This document shows, piece by piece, positions 8,013-16,142 of a stretch of DNA of 64,000 nt (position 1 is its first letter; every line of letters begins with the position of its first letter). The stretch is from a virus (lineage: Duplodnaviria; Caudoviricetes). The notes under the pieces are model-generated. The model saw only the letters and a list, made by a program, of their open reading frames with translations. It was not told the DNA's origin and searched no databases. The stretch lies in the IMG/VR virus record IMGVR_UViG_3300037454_000475, positions 32,001-96,000 of that record; one strand, 5' to 3'. Both the position numbers and the translations under genes were made by a program.

Positions 8013-8331
8013 AACTCTACAAGGAGCGTCTTTAACCTCTCACTCTTTAATTATCGACTTGTGGTTGCCTGCGGTAACTTCTTTGAGTTTGTTACCCTCA
8101 ATGTGTCCTTTTGCGCTTATCAAATTGCATGACACGTATGATAAATTATTTGACCACCCCATCGAGTATCAAACTCAACTTTTTATAACAGATTGGCTAT
8201 CAAGCATCTCGAGCTACTTTTTAGTTCTCTGTAACCTCCTCTTTCCATGGAAGCCGGTTTGGGGGGATGTAAGGCAGGTCAGGGACGACAGGGACACTGA
8301 CGGTTTAAGAGCCTCACGCTCCCCTGAAGTT
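8013..8331 (-). ncRNA. Candidate ~320-nt structured RNA
   Basis: Long closing helix CAGGGGAGCGT/ACGCTCCTTG plus TCTTAAACC/GGTTAAAGA. Confidence 0.55.
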
Positions 8332-8339
8332 TGACCTTG

Positions 8340-8414
8340 TCGGATAGGCAGGATTCGAACCTGCGACCTCATGATCCCAAATCACGTGTGCTAACCTGAC
8401 TGCACCACTATCCG
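8340..8414 (-). tRNA. tRNA-Pro(TGG)
   Basis: CGTGA-TT TGG GA-TCATG. Confidence 0.95.
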
Positions 8415-8453
8415 GTACCACCGGCTTTTTCCAGGGAAACCGGTTCGAACCCA

Positions 8454-8955
8454 TACGCAACGTCAAGACGGTACCACCCGGGCGTTGTTAGGGAGGTGAT
8501 TCCTCCTCACCCGATCATTGTGAACCCGTAAGTGGGACTCCTTCTCCCATCAAACAGGTGGCTTGCCGAGTTACCAAGCAACGATCGAATCCTCGGAGCT
8601 CCTTAATACTGGCGAGCTGACCAAAAAGCCCCTTGCTACAGGCGGGCCGACCGACTCAACTTCATGTAACTTTTTCAGGGTGTGAGCGAACCCACAGGTT
8701 TATTTCCAGTCCTGTATCTGTCGATAAGGTTTGGCCGGCCGGATTCAGTTCCGGACTCGCGCTCCTTATCAGTTACGGAAGTTTTGCCCCACCGGCCGAA
8801 TATTCGCGGGAACTGGTGTGCTGCCCCGGCATCTCGGCGGGGATCGTTGTTGCGTTCCGGCGTGTGGTCGGCAGGGCTCGAAAAGGATTATTCGGCATCC
8901 CGTTGGCCAAACTGGAACCTATTTGGTCTGTGGGGGTACCATCACGATCTGCATA
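8454..8955 (-). ncRNA. Candidate large (~500 nt) structured RNA
   Basis: GC-rich, no credible ORF; terminal helices TATGCAG/TTGCGTA and GATGGTACC/GGTACCGTC. Confidence 0.6.
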
Positions 8956-8963
8956 ACCTTTTG

Positions 8964-9035
8964 TGGACACATGTGGGATTCGAACCCCTCCGTCTCCGTG
9001 CAAGGGAGAAGTGCTACCGTTACACTACATGGCCC
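8964..9035 (-). tRNA. tRNA-Ala(TGC), atypical acceptor
   Basis: TCTCC-CT TGC AC-GGAGA; G3:U70; bulged U, 8-bp acceptor. Confidence 0.85.
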
Positions 9036-9206
9036 ATTTGAAAAATTGGGTTCTTTTGTCGTCCTCCCGAGGTGTTCCGGAACCTTCATATACCCCTTGG
9101 GATACTGCCCGATTACAGAACTTCGATATACCCACGGCGCCATGGGAACCTGAAGGCTCGTTACGGATCAGGGTTGAACCCAAAACAATCCAAACCGCTT
9201 TTCACG

Positions 9207-9289
9207 TGACCTTGGCCGGACTCGAACCGGCACGGGTTTCCCCATAAGTCCCTCAAACTTACGCGTGCTGCCAATTTCGCCACAAGGCC
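9207..9289 (-). tRNA. tRNA-Leu(GAG)
   Basis: TAAGT-TT GAG GG-ACTTA. Confidence 0.94.
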
Positions 9290-9394
9290 ATACGTGGGAA
9301 CGTGTCCCACTTTCTATCTCTATTTATCTCGTGCTCGGAGTACGGAGCGAGCCCCTGTCGTTAATCACCATCCTTACCGTAAATGGCGATTTAG

Positions 9395-9482
9395 TAGCGG
9401 GAGGAGGATTCGAACCTCCGACCTCCTTTTGGGAAGTACTGGCTTATGAGACCAGCGAGATAGTCCACTTCTCTACCCCGCG
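9395..9482 (-). tRNA. Initiator-like tRNA-Met(CAT) with long variable arm
   Basis: CGCGGGG 5' strand with 1:72 mismatch; variable hairpin ACTTCC-CAAAA-GGAGGT. Confidence 0.85.
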
Positions 9483-9496
9483 ATGTGTTTTTAATG

Positions 9497-9653
9497 TGGC
9501 CCCTCAAGGATTCGAACCTCGTACGCTTTCCAAAGCAGGGGCTCTTTGGAGTTTAATATCGAAAAACTCCTCGGGATCTAAAACGCATGACTTTCACATG
9601 ATAGCCCAAGAGCTCTGTTGGGATATATAATAATCACCAGTCGTTAAGGGGCA
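9497..9653 (-). ncRNA. tRNA-like acceptor/T domain with ~110-nt branched arm and no D stem
   Basis: GCCCCT/AGGGGC; CGAGG-TTCGAAT-CCTTG. Confidence 0.7.
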
Positions 9654-9679
9654 ATTACTCCCTGTAGTTAGGTGAACTG

Positions 9680-9753
9680 TGGTCCCGGGAGGATTCGAAC
9701 CTCCGACCTGCTGATTATGAGTCAGCTGCTCTAACCTGCTGCGCTACAAGACC
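9680..9753 (-). tRNA. tRNA-Ile2/Met(CAT)
   Basis: GCTGA-CT CAT AA-TCAGC; Ile-like acceptor. Confidence 0.92.
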
Positions 9754-9913
9754 GAAGGATAATGTCCTTGTTTTCCGGCGAGAGGAGGCGCTTTGCAAAG
9801 ATTTTTGGACGTAATAACATCCAGTCCGGAGCTCCTCAAGGAACGGTATTATACGGTGCACCGAACGCAGATTTACATGGAATTAACCAATACGGCGTAC
9901 AAGCGACATTATT

Positions 9914-10047
9914 GCGGGGAGAACAGGATTCGAACCCATCTTATTTACGGCCTATGAACTTACTTTACCGGTATTAGCTCTTCCCGGTGTTTCTTTTCAA
10001 ATCCAACCTAACGGATAAAAGCCGGCCTCACGTTAGGAGCATCCCCA
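9914..10047 (-). ncRNA. tRNA-like acceptor/T domain with unrelated interior
   Basis: TGGGGA/TCCCCG; ATGGG-TTCGAAT-CCTGT. Confidence 0.55.
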
Positions 10048-10064
10048 ATATTTGTTTCCGGCAT

Positions 10065-10142
10065 TGGTTGCGGGAACCGGATTCGAACCGGTGTGGAACG
10101 GCTTATGAGACCGTGCTGGAACCATCTCCAGTCTATCCCGCA
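10065..10142 (-). tRNA. tRNA-Met(CAT), CCA encoded
   Basis: ACGGT-CT CAT AA-GCCGT; TGCGGGA/TCCCGCA. Confidence 0.9.
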
Positions 10143-10150
10143 ATAAATAG

Positions 10151-10267
10151 GTGCTTGGGTTGGACTCGCACCAACAACCTTCCGGTCTCATCCGGAGGCT
10201 CTACATAACCGCGGTGGTATTGATCAGATACCTGCTGACATCATGCCCCTATTTGAGCTACCAAGCT
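10151..10267 (-). ncRNA. tRNA-like RNA with ~50-nt D-loop insert and 6-nt anticodon loop
   Basis: D stem GCTC/GAGC; TCCGG-ATGAGA-CCGGA; T loop TGCGAGT. Confidence 0.7.
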
Positions 10268-10790
10268 ACGCATGTGCACTGCGCTTTTGATTGTTTGGTG
10301 TATTAACGCCACACCGGCGTATTGGACGCCGATCAGATGACCGCATCGGCGCGCGGACTCTTGCTGTTAACGCAATAGTTGCAACGACCTTTCATGATTA
10401 GACTTTGCCTTCGTCGTCCCGGCGCCGTCCCTACTGGATCTGTTGGAGTCTGTCCCACTTCCGTTCCGTTCCTGTAAGAGTATCGAACATCCGTGGTAAG
10501 CCGTCTTTCGGGAACCAAATATGTTTATCGCTTCCGGCATTGCATCGGCCCTCTCTTTGTGAATATATGGTCGTCTTTGGGCTTCTTGGCGGATTGGCTG
10601 GATGTTATCGCCTTTTCGGCCACGTGATCTTTCACAGCATCAGCGCCTTTCAATCCTGATGGTTTCCTGTTACATCGGGTGCCTATCATTTCAGCTACCT
10701 TTCATTTCGGCAGGAGTTAATTGAGGGGCGGACACGGGTCGGCCCAGGGCGGCAAAAGCCGCGGAATTACTCCACCCAGTTTAATCACAA
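10268..10790 (-). ncRNA. Candidate large (~520 nt) structured RNA
   Basis: Non-coding interval between tRNA elements, many short stems with purine-rich/GAAA loops. Confidence 0.5.
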
Positions 10791-10867
10791 TGGTGGACAC
10801 AGAAGGGCTTCGAACCCTCGACCTCCTGACTGCCAGTCAGGCGTTCTACCAACTGAACTACTGGCCC
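10791..10867 (-). tRNA. tRNA-Ala(GGC), CCA encoded
   Basis: CCTGA-CT GGC AG-TCAGG; G3:U70; bulged U in acceptor. Confidence 0.92.
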
Positions 10868-10952
10868 ATAACATTCTCGGATGTTTTCTCCTTTATCTTA
10901 TCACAAGACCAATTTCAGGTCAACTACCACTTGCAAATCTAACTCTTTGTTT

Positions 10953-11031
10953 GCGCGCGGGGAGGTTGTCGATCCTCCGTCTTCCGTGAATGCTTTGATA
11001 AACACACTTCGGTTCTTTGTTGAGCTCGCGG
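10953..11031 (-). ncRNA. Degenerate tRNA-like element
   Basis: T-like arm GGAGG-ATCGACAA-CCTCC; D-like GCTC...GAAC. Confidence 0.35.
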
Positions 11032-11187
11032 ATGGCATTTTATGGCTCCAATTCACCGGCGGGGTCATGACTCCCCAATGGCTGTCCGTTATATTTCTAT
11101 GGTTTAATCTTTCAACCTCCGAGGTCGTTCGGCGTTCCTCTGTAGGTTTTTTAATGCGCGCTAACCTACTTAATTATTGTGTGTTTG

Positions 11188-11260
11188 TCGGGTTAGGTGG
11201 GCTCGAACCACCGACCTATCGCGTATCAGGCGAGTGCTCTACCAACTGAGCTACAACCCG
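11188..11260 (-). tRNA. tRNA-Ile(GAT)
   Basis: Loop CT GAT AC; canonical D and T arms. Confidence 0.94.
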
Positions 11261-11534
11261 GTGAGGCGGATGGAATCACTTCTTTCCGCCAATCTCATGG
11301 ATACGACCAATCACTTTCCGTTTATTCGGTACTGTCAGGTGTTGGGTCGATTACTTCCACCACCCTACTGGCAGCGATCTCCTGATTTCAGCATATAGCA
11401 AACCGGTGAGTTTTGGGCCGCTTTCGGCCACGGGTGTGATTTAGTAACGTGAAATCGTATCCGTATATCTTTACCGCCCATTATACAAAGTTCCGTTCAG
11501 GTGGTTAACCATCCCTTCCAGCGATATGTGGCGG

Positions 11535-11573
11535 ATAAGAATCAATCAAATGTCTCCCAATATGTCAAAGAAC
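11535..11573 (-). promoter_or_regulatory. rrn-like leader with boxA (copy 2)
   Basis: GTTCTTTGACATATTGGGAGACATTTGATTGATTCTTAT, identical to 18909-18947. Confidence 0.75.
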
Positions 11574-11610
11574 GTTGTTCTTTGTTGTTGGAACCTTGTT
11601 CCTTCAACAC

Positions 11611-11642
11611 CTATATATAATAAACACCGCTGATTTATTAAC
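11611..11642 (-). promoter_or_regulatory. Putative phage promoter GTTAA-N17-TTATATATAG
   Basis: Exact motif upstream of the boxA leader. Confidence 0.8.
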
Positions 11643-11668
11643 AAGGAAATTGAAAAAAAAATCGCTTG

Positions 11669-11739
11669 AGGCTCTTACTGGACTCGAACCAGTGTCTGTT
11701 GACTACGAAACAACTATTCTACCCCTAAACTAAAAAGCC
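11669..11739 (-). tRNA. tRNA-Thr(CGT)
   Basis: Loop TT CGT AG. Confidence 0.9.
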
Positions 11740-11824
11740 ATGGACGGGGTTTTTGTTATTTTCTCATCGAGTGTTAGCCCCCGAAACTCATAACTCGATA
11801 AAGTTGGGCGCTACCCAACACGCG

Positions 11825-11896
11825 GCGTATGTGCGGTGCTCGAACCCGCCAACAGGAGATTTGGTCCCCTCGCTCGCCATCTTGCGTTACATACTC
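11825..11896 (-). ncRNA. tRNA-like RNA / pseudo-tRNA with 5-nt loop
   Basis: GTATGT/ACATAC; AGGGGA-CCAAA-TCTCCT; T loop TTCGAGC. Confidence 0.6.
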
Positions 11897-11982
11897 ATAT
11901 GCGGTTAATTACTCCGCACGGGTACCCTCTCTTTCTCTTTCAATACCGCGTCCGATATTTACTCATACTCAAGTCAGGTCTG

Positions 11983-12063
11983 TACCCCGAGAGGGACTCG
12001 AACCCTCACCCTTTCGGACTGGGTTTTGAAGCCAGCGCGTCCTGCCAATTTCGCCACCGGGGT
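11983..12063 (-). tRNA. tRNA-Leu(CAA)
   Basis: Loop TT CAA AA; variable arm. Confidence 0.93.
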
Positions 12064-12241
12064 GTAAATAGGATTTCCTCTTATACTACCCATGAGGGAA
12101 ACCCAAAAAGCTAACATGCACGTACACATACGATTACGTGACCCATCGGTGTCCCATATCCATCACCGAAGCGATGCACAGAGGGTGTGAGCAGCTGTAC
12201 GATCCCAAGTACTGACCGGTACTTCGTTGGGCTTTCATGTC

Positions 12242-13201
12242 TTATATCTTCCCGTTAAACGGGTTCGGTATTCCGTAAATTTTGTAGATCAAATGATCAT
12301 TTATATCAAATGGGTTACCATACAACTTCGAGTACCTAAATATGCAATCGTTCTTGTATTTTTCAAACATTTCATCGGTATAGGTAAGTTCCTTGTACTT
12401 CTCCCTAAAATCCATGGCAGCTTTCCAATCAAGATCCCGGATATCCTCAACCGGATCATCCATAACCGTTAACAAACCTTCAAAATAATTGAATGTGGAA
12501 GCTGATGTCAGTATATGTTTACCCATACAGATGTTCTCAAATATGCGAACCACATTTTGTGAAATTGCGGTATCCGATTCCGGGTTATGAGGTACGTCCA
12601 AAATAAATTTGGTGTTGTACACAACATCCTTGATTTCGTTGGGTCTCAATCCTTCGATACAATAAAATGACTTATCAATAAGTTTGATTTCATCAAAATA
12701 TTTTTTTCTCGAACTTGATGCTTGACCAAAAAATCCAAGATTATAATCATAATCCCCGGAATTTCCGATGTGCTCTGATTGATTGTAAAATCTTAATGGC
12801 ATCCACTTGAGCTTGTTCCATTGATTTGGGAGGAGTTCCTTGTAATACTCAAAGGATTCCAGCCACAAAAGCCATATTTCATCAACATCCTGCAACCATT
12901 CATCTTCCATGTACGGCATAACCCAATACGGTGAATGTTCGGTTTCAAGTAATATCAACTTATTGTATCTCGCCTTTATTTCCTTGAGATCGTACAAATT
13001 GATTGGTTGGGTTGGATATGGCTTTATGTCAAACGGAGCTTTTTTCGAATCAAACCGATCAATACATGGCCAATTGAATATGAGTGTCCCTTGTGGTTCG
13101 GTTTCATCATAGTGCTCAAGGATCATATCCCGAACGCTTGTGATATCCGAATTGAAGAATACACTAATATTTTTGCCACGTTGCAAATAGTTGATCTTCA
13201 T
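12242..13201 (-). CDS. Putative glycosyltransferase (YkvP/CgeB-like, GT-B)
   Basis: Start MKINYLQRG; C-terminal FFGQ...SR, KFILDV, NVVRIFENICMG pattern. Confidence 0.6.
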   Translation of the reverse strand: MKINYLQRGKNISVFFNSDITSVRDMILEHYDETEPQGTLIFNWPCIDRFDSKKAPFDIKPYPTQPINLYDLKEIKARYNKLILLETEHSPYWVMPYMEDEWLQDVDEIWLLWLESFEYYKELLPNQWNKLKWMPLRFYNQSEHIGNSGDYDYNLGFFGQASSSRKKYFDEIKLIDKSFYCIEGLRPNEIKDVVYNTKFILDVPHNPESDTAISQNVVRIFENICMGKHILTSASTFNYFEGLLTVMDDPVEDIRDLDWKAAMDFREKYKELTYTDEMFEKYKNDCIFRYSKLYGNPFDINDHLIYKIYGIPNPFNGKI

Positions 13202-13217
13202 ATGTTTGCTTTTTATT

Positions 13218-13288
13218 GCACAACCTGTGAGGAATTGAACCTCAACCCCCGGCCGCGCCGGTGCTCTATACCGTGAGCTACAGGTGTA
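13218..13288 (-). ncRNA. Anticodon-less tRNA mimic (3-nt loop)
   Basis: CCGGC-GCG-GCCGG; canonical D and T arms. Confidence 0.75.
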
Positions 13289-13442
13289 CTTCCGAATCGC
13301 ACGGAATGCGGTTCCTTCAGGAGCCGGTAACTCTGTTTCCACCAGTTGGGTCAGGAACATACCCCCGCCTATTGCTACCAAGACGGCTAATCCCTTCTCT
13401 TTTATATCGCCCGGTAGGGAACGTGCTATCACATGTGAAAAG

Positions 13443-13513
13443 TTGTCCCGTCGGGATTCGAACCCAAAATTACAGATCCAAAATCTGTCGTGTTACCGTT
13501 ACACTACGAGACA
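13443..13513 (-). tRNA. tRNA-Gln(TTG)
   Basis: ACAGA-TT TTG GA-TCTGT; U1-A72. Confidence 0.95.
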
Positions 13514-13626
13514 ATAGTAACCCAACCTACCTCAACTTCTATTTTGCTTCATTGGCATCCTGAACCTCCGGAGAGTGGAACTTAAACCCTTTCACTGGTC
13601 TTTCAACCTTCTATCGGTTGGGTTTG

Positions 13627-13698
13627 TTGTTCTAACTGGATTCGAACCAATTCCTCCTGATCCAGGGTCAGGTGTACTACCGGATATACTATGGAACA
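13627..13698 (-). tRNA. tRNA-Gln(CTG)
   Basis: CCTGA-CC CTG GA-TCAGG (C33). Confidence 0.9.
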
Positions 13699-13740
13699 AT
13701 CAACTTTGGTATAATATATGAAACCTTTACAAGAATTTCG

Positions 13741-14139
13741 TTATTCAACAATATTTATTCGGCAATTGCAGTTCTCATAAGATATCTTACCATCTCCATT
13801 TTCAAGTATGTAATAATAATCATCCTGTGTTATTTCCAACCCTTTGAATCTGCATTGGTTGCCTCTGTGATCAATGACTTGTTTTCCAAGGTTATATTTC
13901 ACATATTCACATATTGGCTTCATATTTCCGCATCCGGATCTTTCGATTTGTGAATCAACAAAATCTTCCGGTTTGGTAAGTTGAAGGCTGTAACCAATAG
14001 TGCTGAAATACGATGGAGTAAATAGTCCCAATCTTGTAAATATGCGGAACCATATACTTTCATACCAATCAAGCATCTGCTTTATGGATTTGAATCGTAT
14101 TGTGTAATGAAATGGTAACCTTAAACGCATATACCGCAT
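13741..14139 (-). CDS. Hypothetical protein
   Basis: 132-aa AT-rich ORF co-oriented with the island. Confidence 0.65.
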   Translation of the reverse strand: MRYMRLRLPFHYTIRFKSIKQMLDWYESIWFRIFTRLGLFTPSYFSTIGYSLQLTKPEDFVDSQIERSGCGNMKPICEYVKYNLGKQVIDHRGNQCRFKGLEITQDDYYYILENGDGKISYENCNCRINIVE

Positions 14140-14156
14140 ATACCATATTTTATTTG

Positions 14157-14231
14157 CCCGAACGAACGGTTACGATCCGTCTATTTTACCGGAGTGACAG
14201 TCCGGTTCCTCACCAAGAGGCCTACGCTCGG
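14157..14231 (-). tRNA. tRNA-Asp(GTC), atypical T loop
   Basis: CCGGA-CT GTC AC-TCCGG; T loop ATCGTAA; G73. Confidence 0.8.
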
Positions 14232-14290
14232 ATAGAACCACGCTTTATTTTTGTCATTGTATGATGAAGCATGGGTGAACATCACATGCG

Positions 14291-14446
14291 TGGGTATGGG
14301 TGGAATTGAACCTTGAACAACGCCGTTACTCCTGTCTTACTTGCCGCGGATTTTCGTACAGTTTCTCAACGCCGTAAACCTAACCCTCTAAATAAGAGGA
14401 ACCTCCCTCACTGGAGGCCCCGCTACCGTTACGGGGTTACATACCC
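14291..14446 (-). ncRNA. tRNA-like RNA with 6-bp D stem, 6-nt AC loop and ~70-nt insert before the T loop
   Basis: GGGTATG/CATACCC; CCCCGT/GCGGGG; CCTCC-AGTGAG-GGAGG. Confidence 0.7.
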
Positions 14447-14452
14447 ATATGT

Positions 14453-14526
14453 TGGCAGGGGTGGATGGAATCGAACCACCAACTACGGTTTTGGAGACCG
14501 GCATTATACCGTTTAACTACACCCCT
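14453..14526 (-). tRNA. tRNA-Trp(CCA), CCA encoded
   Basis: Loop CT CCA AA; G73. Confidence 0.95.
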
Positions 14527-14620
14527 ATACGTGTACCATTCACCATGTTCGAACGGTACCAATGTCACCACAACTCTATTGTTTCACCATTATGTCCGGA
14601 GCGGTGGGAGAAGACACGCG

Positions 14621-14693
14621 TGGGAAGGAGTGGAGTCGAACCACTATCTTCGGATTTTCAGTCCGCCGCATAGACCTGCTTTGCTACCTTCCC
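14621..14693 (-). tRNA. tRNA-Phe(GAA)
   Basis: Loop CT GAA AA. Confidence 0.94.
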
Positions 14694-14700
14694 ATATATG

Positions 14701-14783
14701 CGGAGAGCAGAGGAATCGAACCTCATACGTTGCCGTACACACAATTTAGCAGAATGGTTCCTTGCCTGAAGGATTTACTCTCC
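14701..14783 (-). tRNA. tRNA-Ser(GCT), 8/4 fold
   Basis: GGAGAGTA/TGCTCTCC; GAGG-TTCGATT-CCTC; 5-bp D stem. Confidence 0.85.
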
Positions 14784-14792
14784 ATTAAGAAA

Positions 14793-15071
14793 AAACCGAG
14801 TAAGAATTGATGATCACGAAGACCTCGAATTACATGGCGAGCTACGGACTGGAGAAACGGCGGCTGGTTACGCCGATTGCATTACCACGTAGGGTTTTAC
14901 CTCCTGTTGCGTTGCGCGTATGGCTCCTCACGGACAAGACCCTTTCGGGGTACCAACACTCTTCACGGAGCTGACGGTCTGCCTTCGGCTACCGGCGCCT
15001 ACATGCACGCTTATTCCGGAATTACACGTACACTTACCTCCGACACTACTGGGTGGCCCTATACTCGGTTT
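14793..15071 (-). ncRNA. Candidate ~280-nt structured RNA
   Basis: 10-bp closing stem AAACCGAGTA/TACTCGGTTT; several GNRA-like hairpins. Confidence 0.6.
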
Positions 15072-15089
15072 AACCGAATGAACGGTTTG

Positions 15090-15166
15090 TGGAGCAGATG
15101 ACGGGGTTCGAACCCGCAAACCTCCTGCTTGGCAAGCAGGCTATCTACCAATTGATATACATCTGC
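15090..15166 (-). tRNA. tRNA-Gly(GCC), CCA encoded
   Basis: CCTGC-TT GCC AA-GCAGG. Confidence 0.95.
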
Positions 15167-15351
15167 ATGGATGCAAGTCGCTAACGTTCTCTCGAAACCT
15201 CACTTGCGAACCCGGCCGTGGTTCATGGTTTTGGCTGATCTACCTCCTCACAGCTGGCGCCCGGATTATATGGCAAATCCGGGTTAGCCCCGTTTTACTC
15301 CGCCGGGAAGCACTTATTGTCTCCGGCCCCCGGTCGCTTAACGGTACAGCG

Positions 15352-15433
15352 TTGGAAGGGAGGGATTCGAACCCCCGAACCCAATGGGAGTGGATTTACA
15401 GTCCACCGCGTTTAACCACTTCGCTACCTTCCA
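15352..15433 (-). tRNA. tRNA-Tyr(GTA)
   Basis: GTGGA-CT GTA AA-TCCAC; variable arm. Confidence 0.95.
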
Positions 15434-15576
15434 ATGTTTGGAACTAATGAAGCTGTGTCAACTTTCATTCTTCATCCGAGTTAAAGAATTATCTGTCATT
15501 TAACTAATGTGACCATTGTATTCAAGGCGCCCGGCCACTATCCTCGGTTTTTGTACTTCATGTCATTGTCCCATTG

Positions 15577-15672
15577 TGCCGCCGGTAGGGCTCGAACCTA
15601 CTTACTGCTAAAGTCCACTACGAAAATTTGTTAAAGCAGATCGGTTTTACAGACCGGTTCCGTTACGTCGGC
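15577..15672 (-). ncRNA. D-armless tRNA-Tyr(GTA)-like RNA with ~40-nt variable arm
   Basis: Only TAACGGA between acceptor and AC arm; loop CT GTA AA; T arm GTAGG/CCTAC. Confidence 0.75.
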
Positions 15673-15680
15673 ATTATAAT

Positions 15681-15812
15681 AACTCCCATATTACTTGGCT
15701 GTATACCCTATAGGAACGTGCGTTGTTTGGAGTCGAACCAAATTCAGTAACAGCATCACTTGACAAATGCTTCGCGCACTACCTTTCCAGTTTATACAGC
15801 ATGAAAGGAATT
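15681..15812 (-). ncRNA. Long hairpin RNA with embedded T arm
   Basis: GCTGTATA/TATACAGC, GTGCG/CGCAC, TTTGG-TTCGACT-CCAAA. Confidence 0.55.
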
Positions 15813-15813
15813 G

Positions 15814-15885
15814 AGCCGATGGAGGGATTCGAACCCCCGACCAACTGATTACAAAACAGTAGCGCTACCACTGCGCCACATCGGC
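15814..15885 (-). tRNA. tRNA-Thr(TGT)
   Basis: Loop TT TGT AA. Confidence 0.94.
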
Positions 15886-15892
15886 TTATCTG

Positions 15893-15966
15893 TCTCCCTG
15901 GAGGGACTCGAACCCCCAACCTTATGATCCGTAGTCATGCGCTCTATCCAATTGGGCTACAGGGAG
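15893..15966 (-). tRNA. tRNA-Arg(ACG)
   Basis: Loop CT ACG GA; A20. Confidence 0.94.
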
Positions 15967-16054
15967 GAGTTTGAAGAGTTACTACGCTACCCTTCGAAGC
16001 TGTTCCAACGGTGCCTTATCAGGCAGCGATGGCCATTTTTGATCTATTGCCGTT

Positions 16055-16140
16055 TGGCGGAGAATTGAGGTATCGATCCCCATACAGAATGTACAGCACG
16101 TTTTCAAGACGGCTCCCCTCACCATCAGGGTTAATTCTCC
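16055..16140 (-). tRNA. tRNA-Ser(TGA), 8/4 fold, CCA encoded
   Basis: Paralog of 6152-6233; loop CT TGA AA. Confidence 0.87.
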
Positions 16141-16142
16141 AA

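Noticed and set aside
9045-9190. 6S RNA-like spacer
   Set aside because: Some end-motif resemblance, but the interior is branched with no clear central bubble. Left as an unassigned structured spacer.
9270-9360. HDV-like (theta) ribozyme pattern CGT-TCCCACGT-ATG...GG-CGAA
   Set aside because: The 3' elements are the 5' end of tRNA-Leu(GAG), and no convincing P1 or P2 partner exists. No theta ribozyme was confidently seen.
13202-13432. N-terminal extension of the 396-aa ORF
   Set aside because: It overlaps a tRNA-like RNA and spacer. The likely start is ATG 13201.
6061-15350. RNase P RNA within the island
   Set aside because: No paired GAGGAAAGTCC and AACCCGGCTTA P4 signatures were found by eye.
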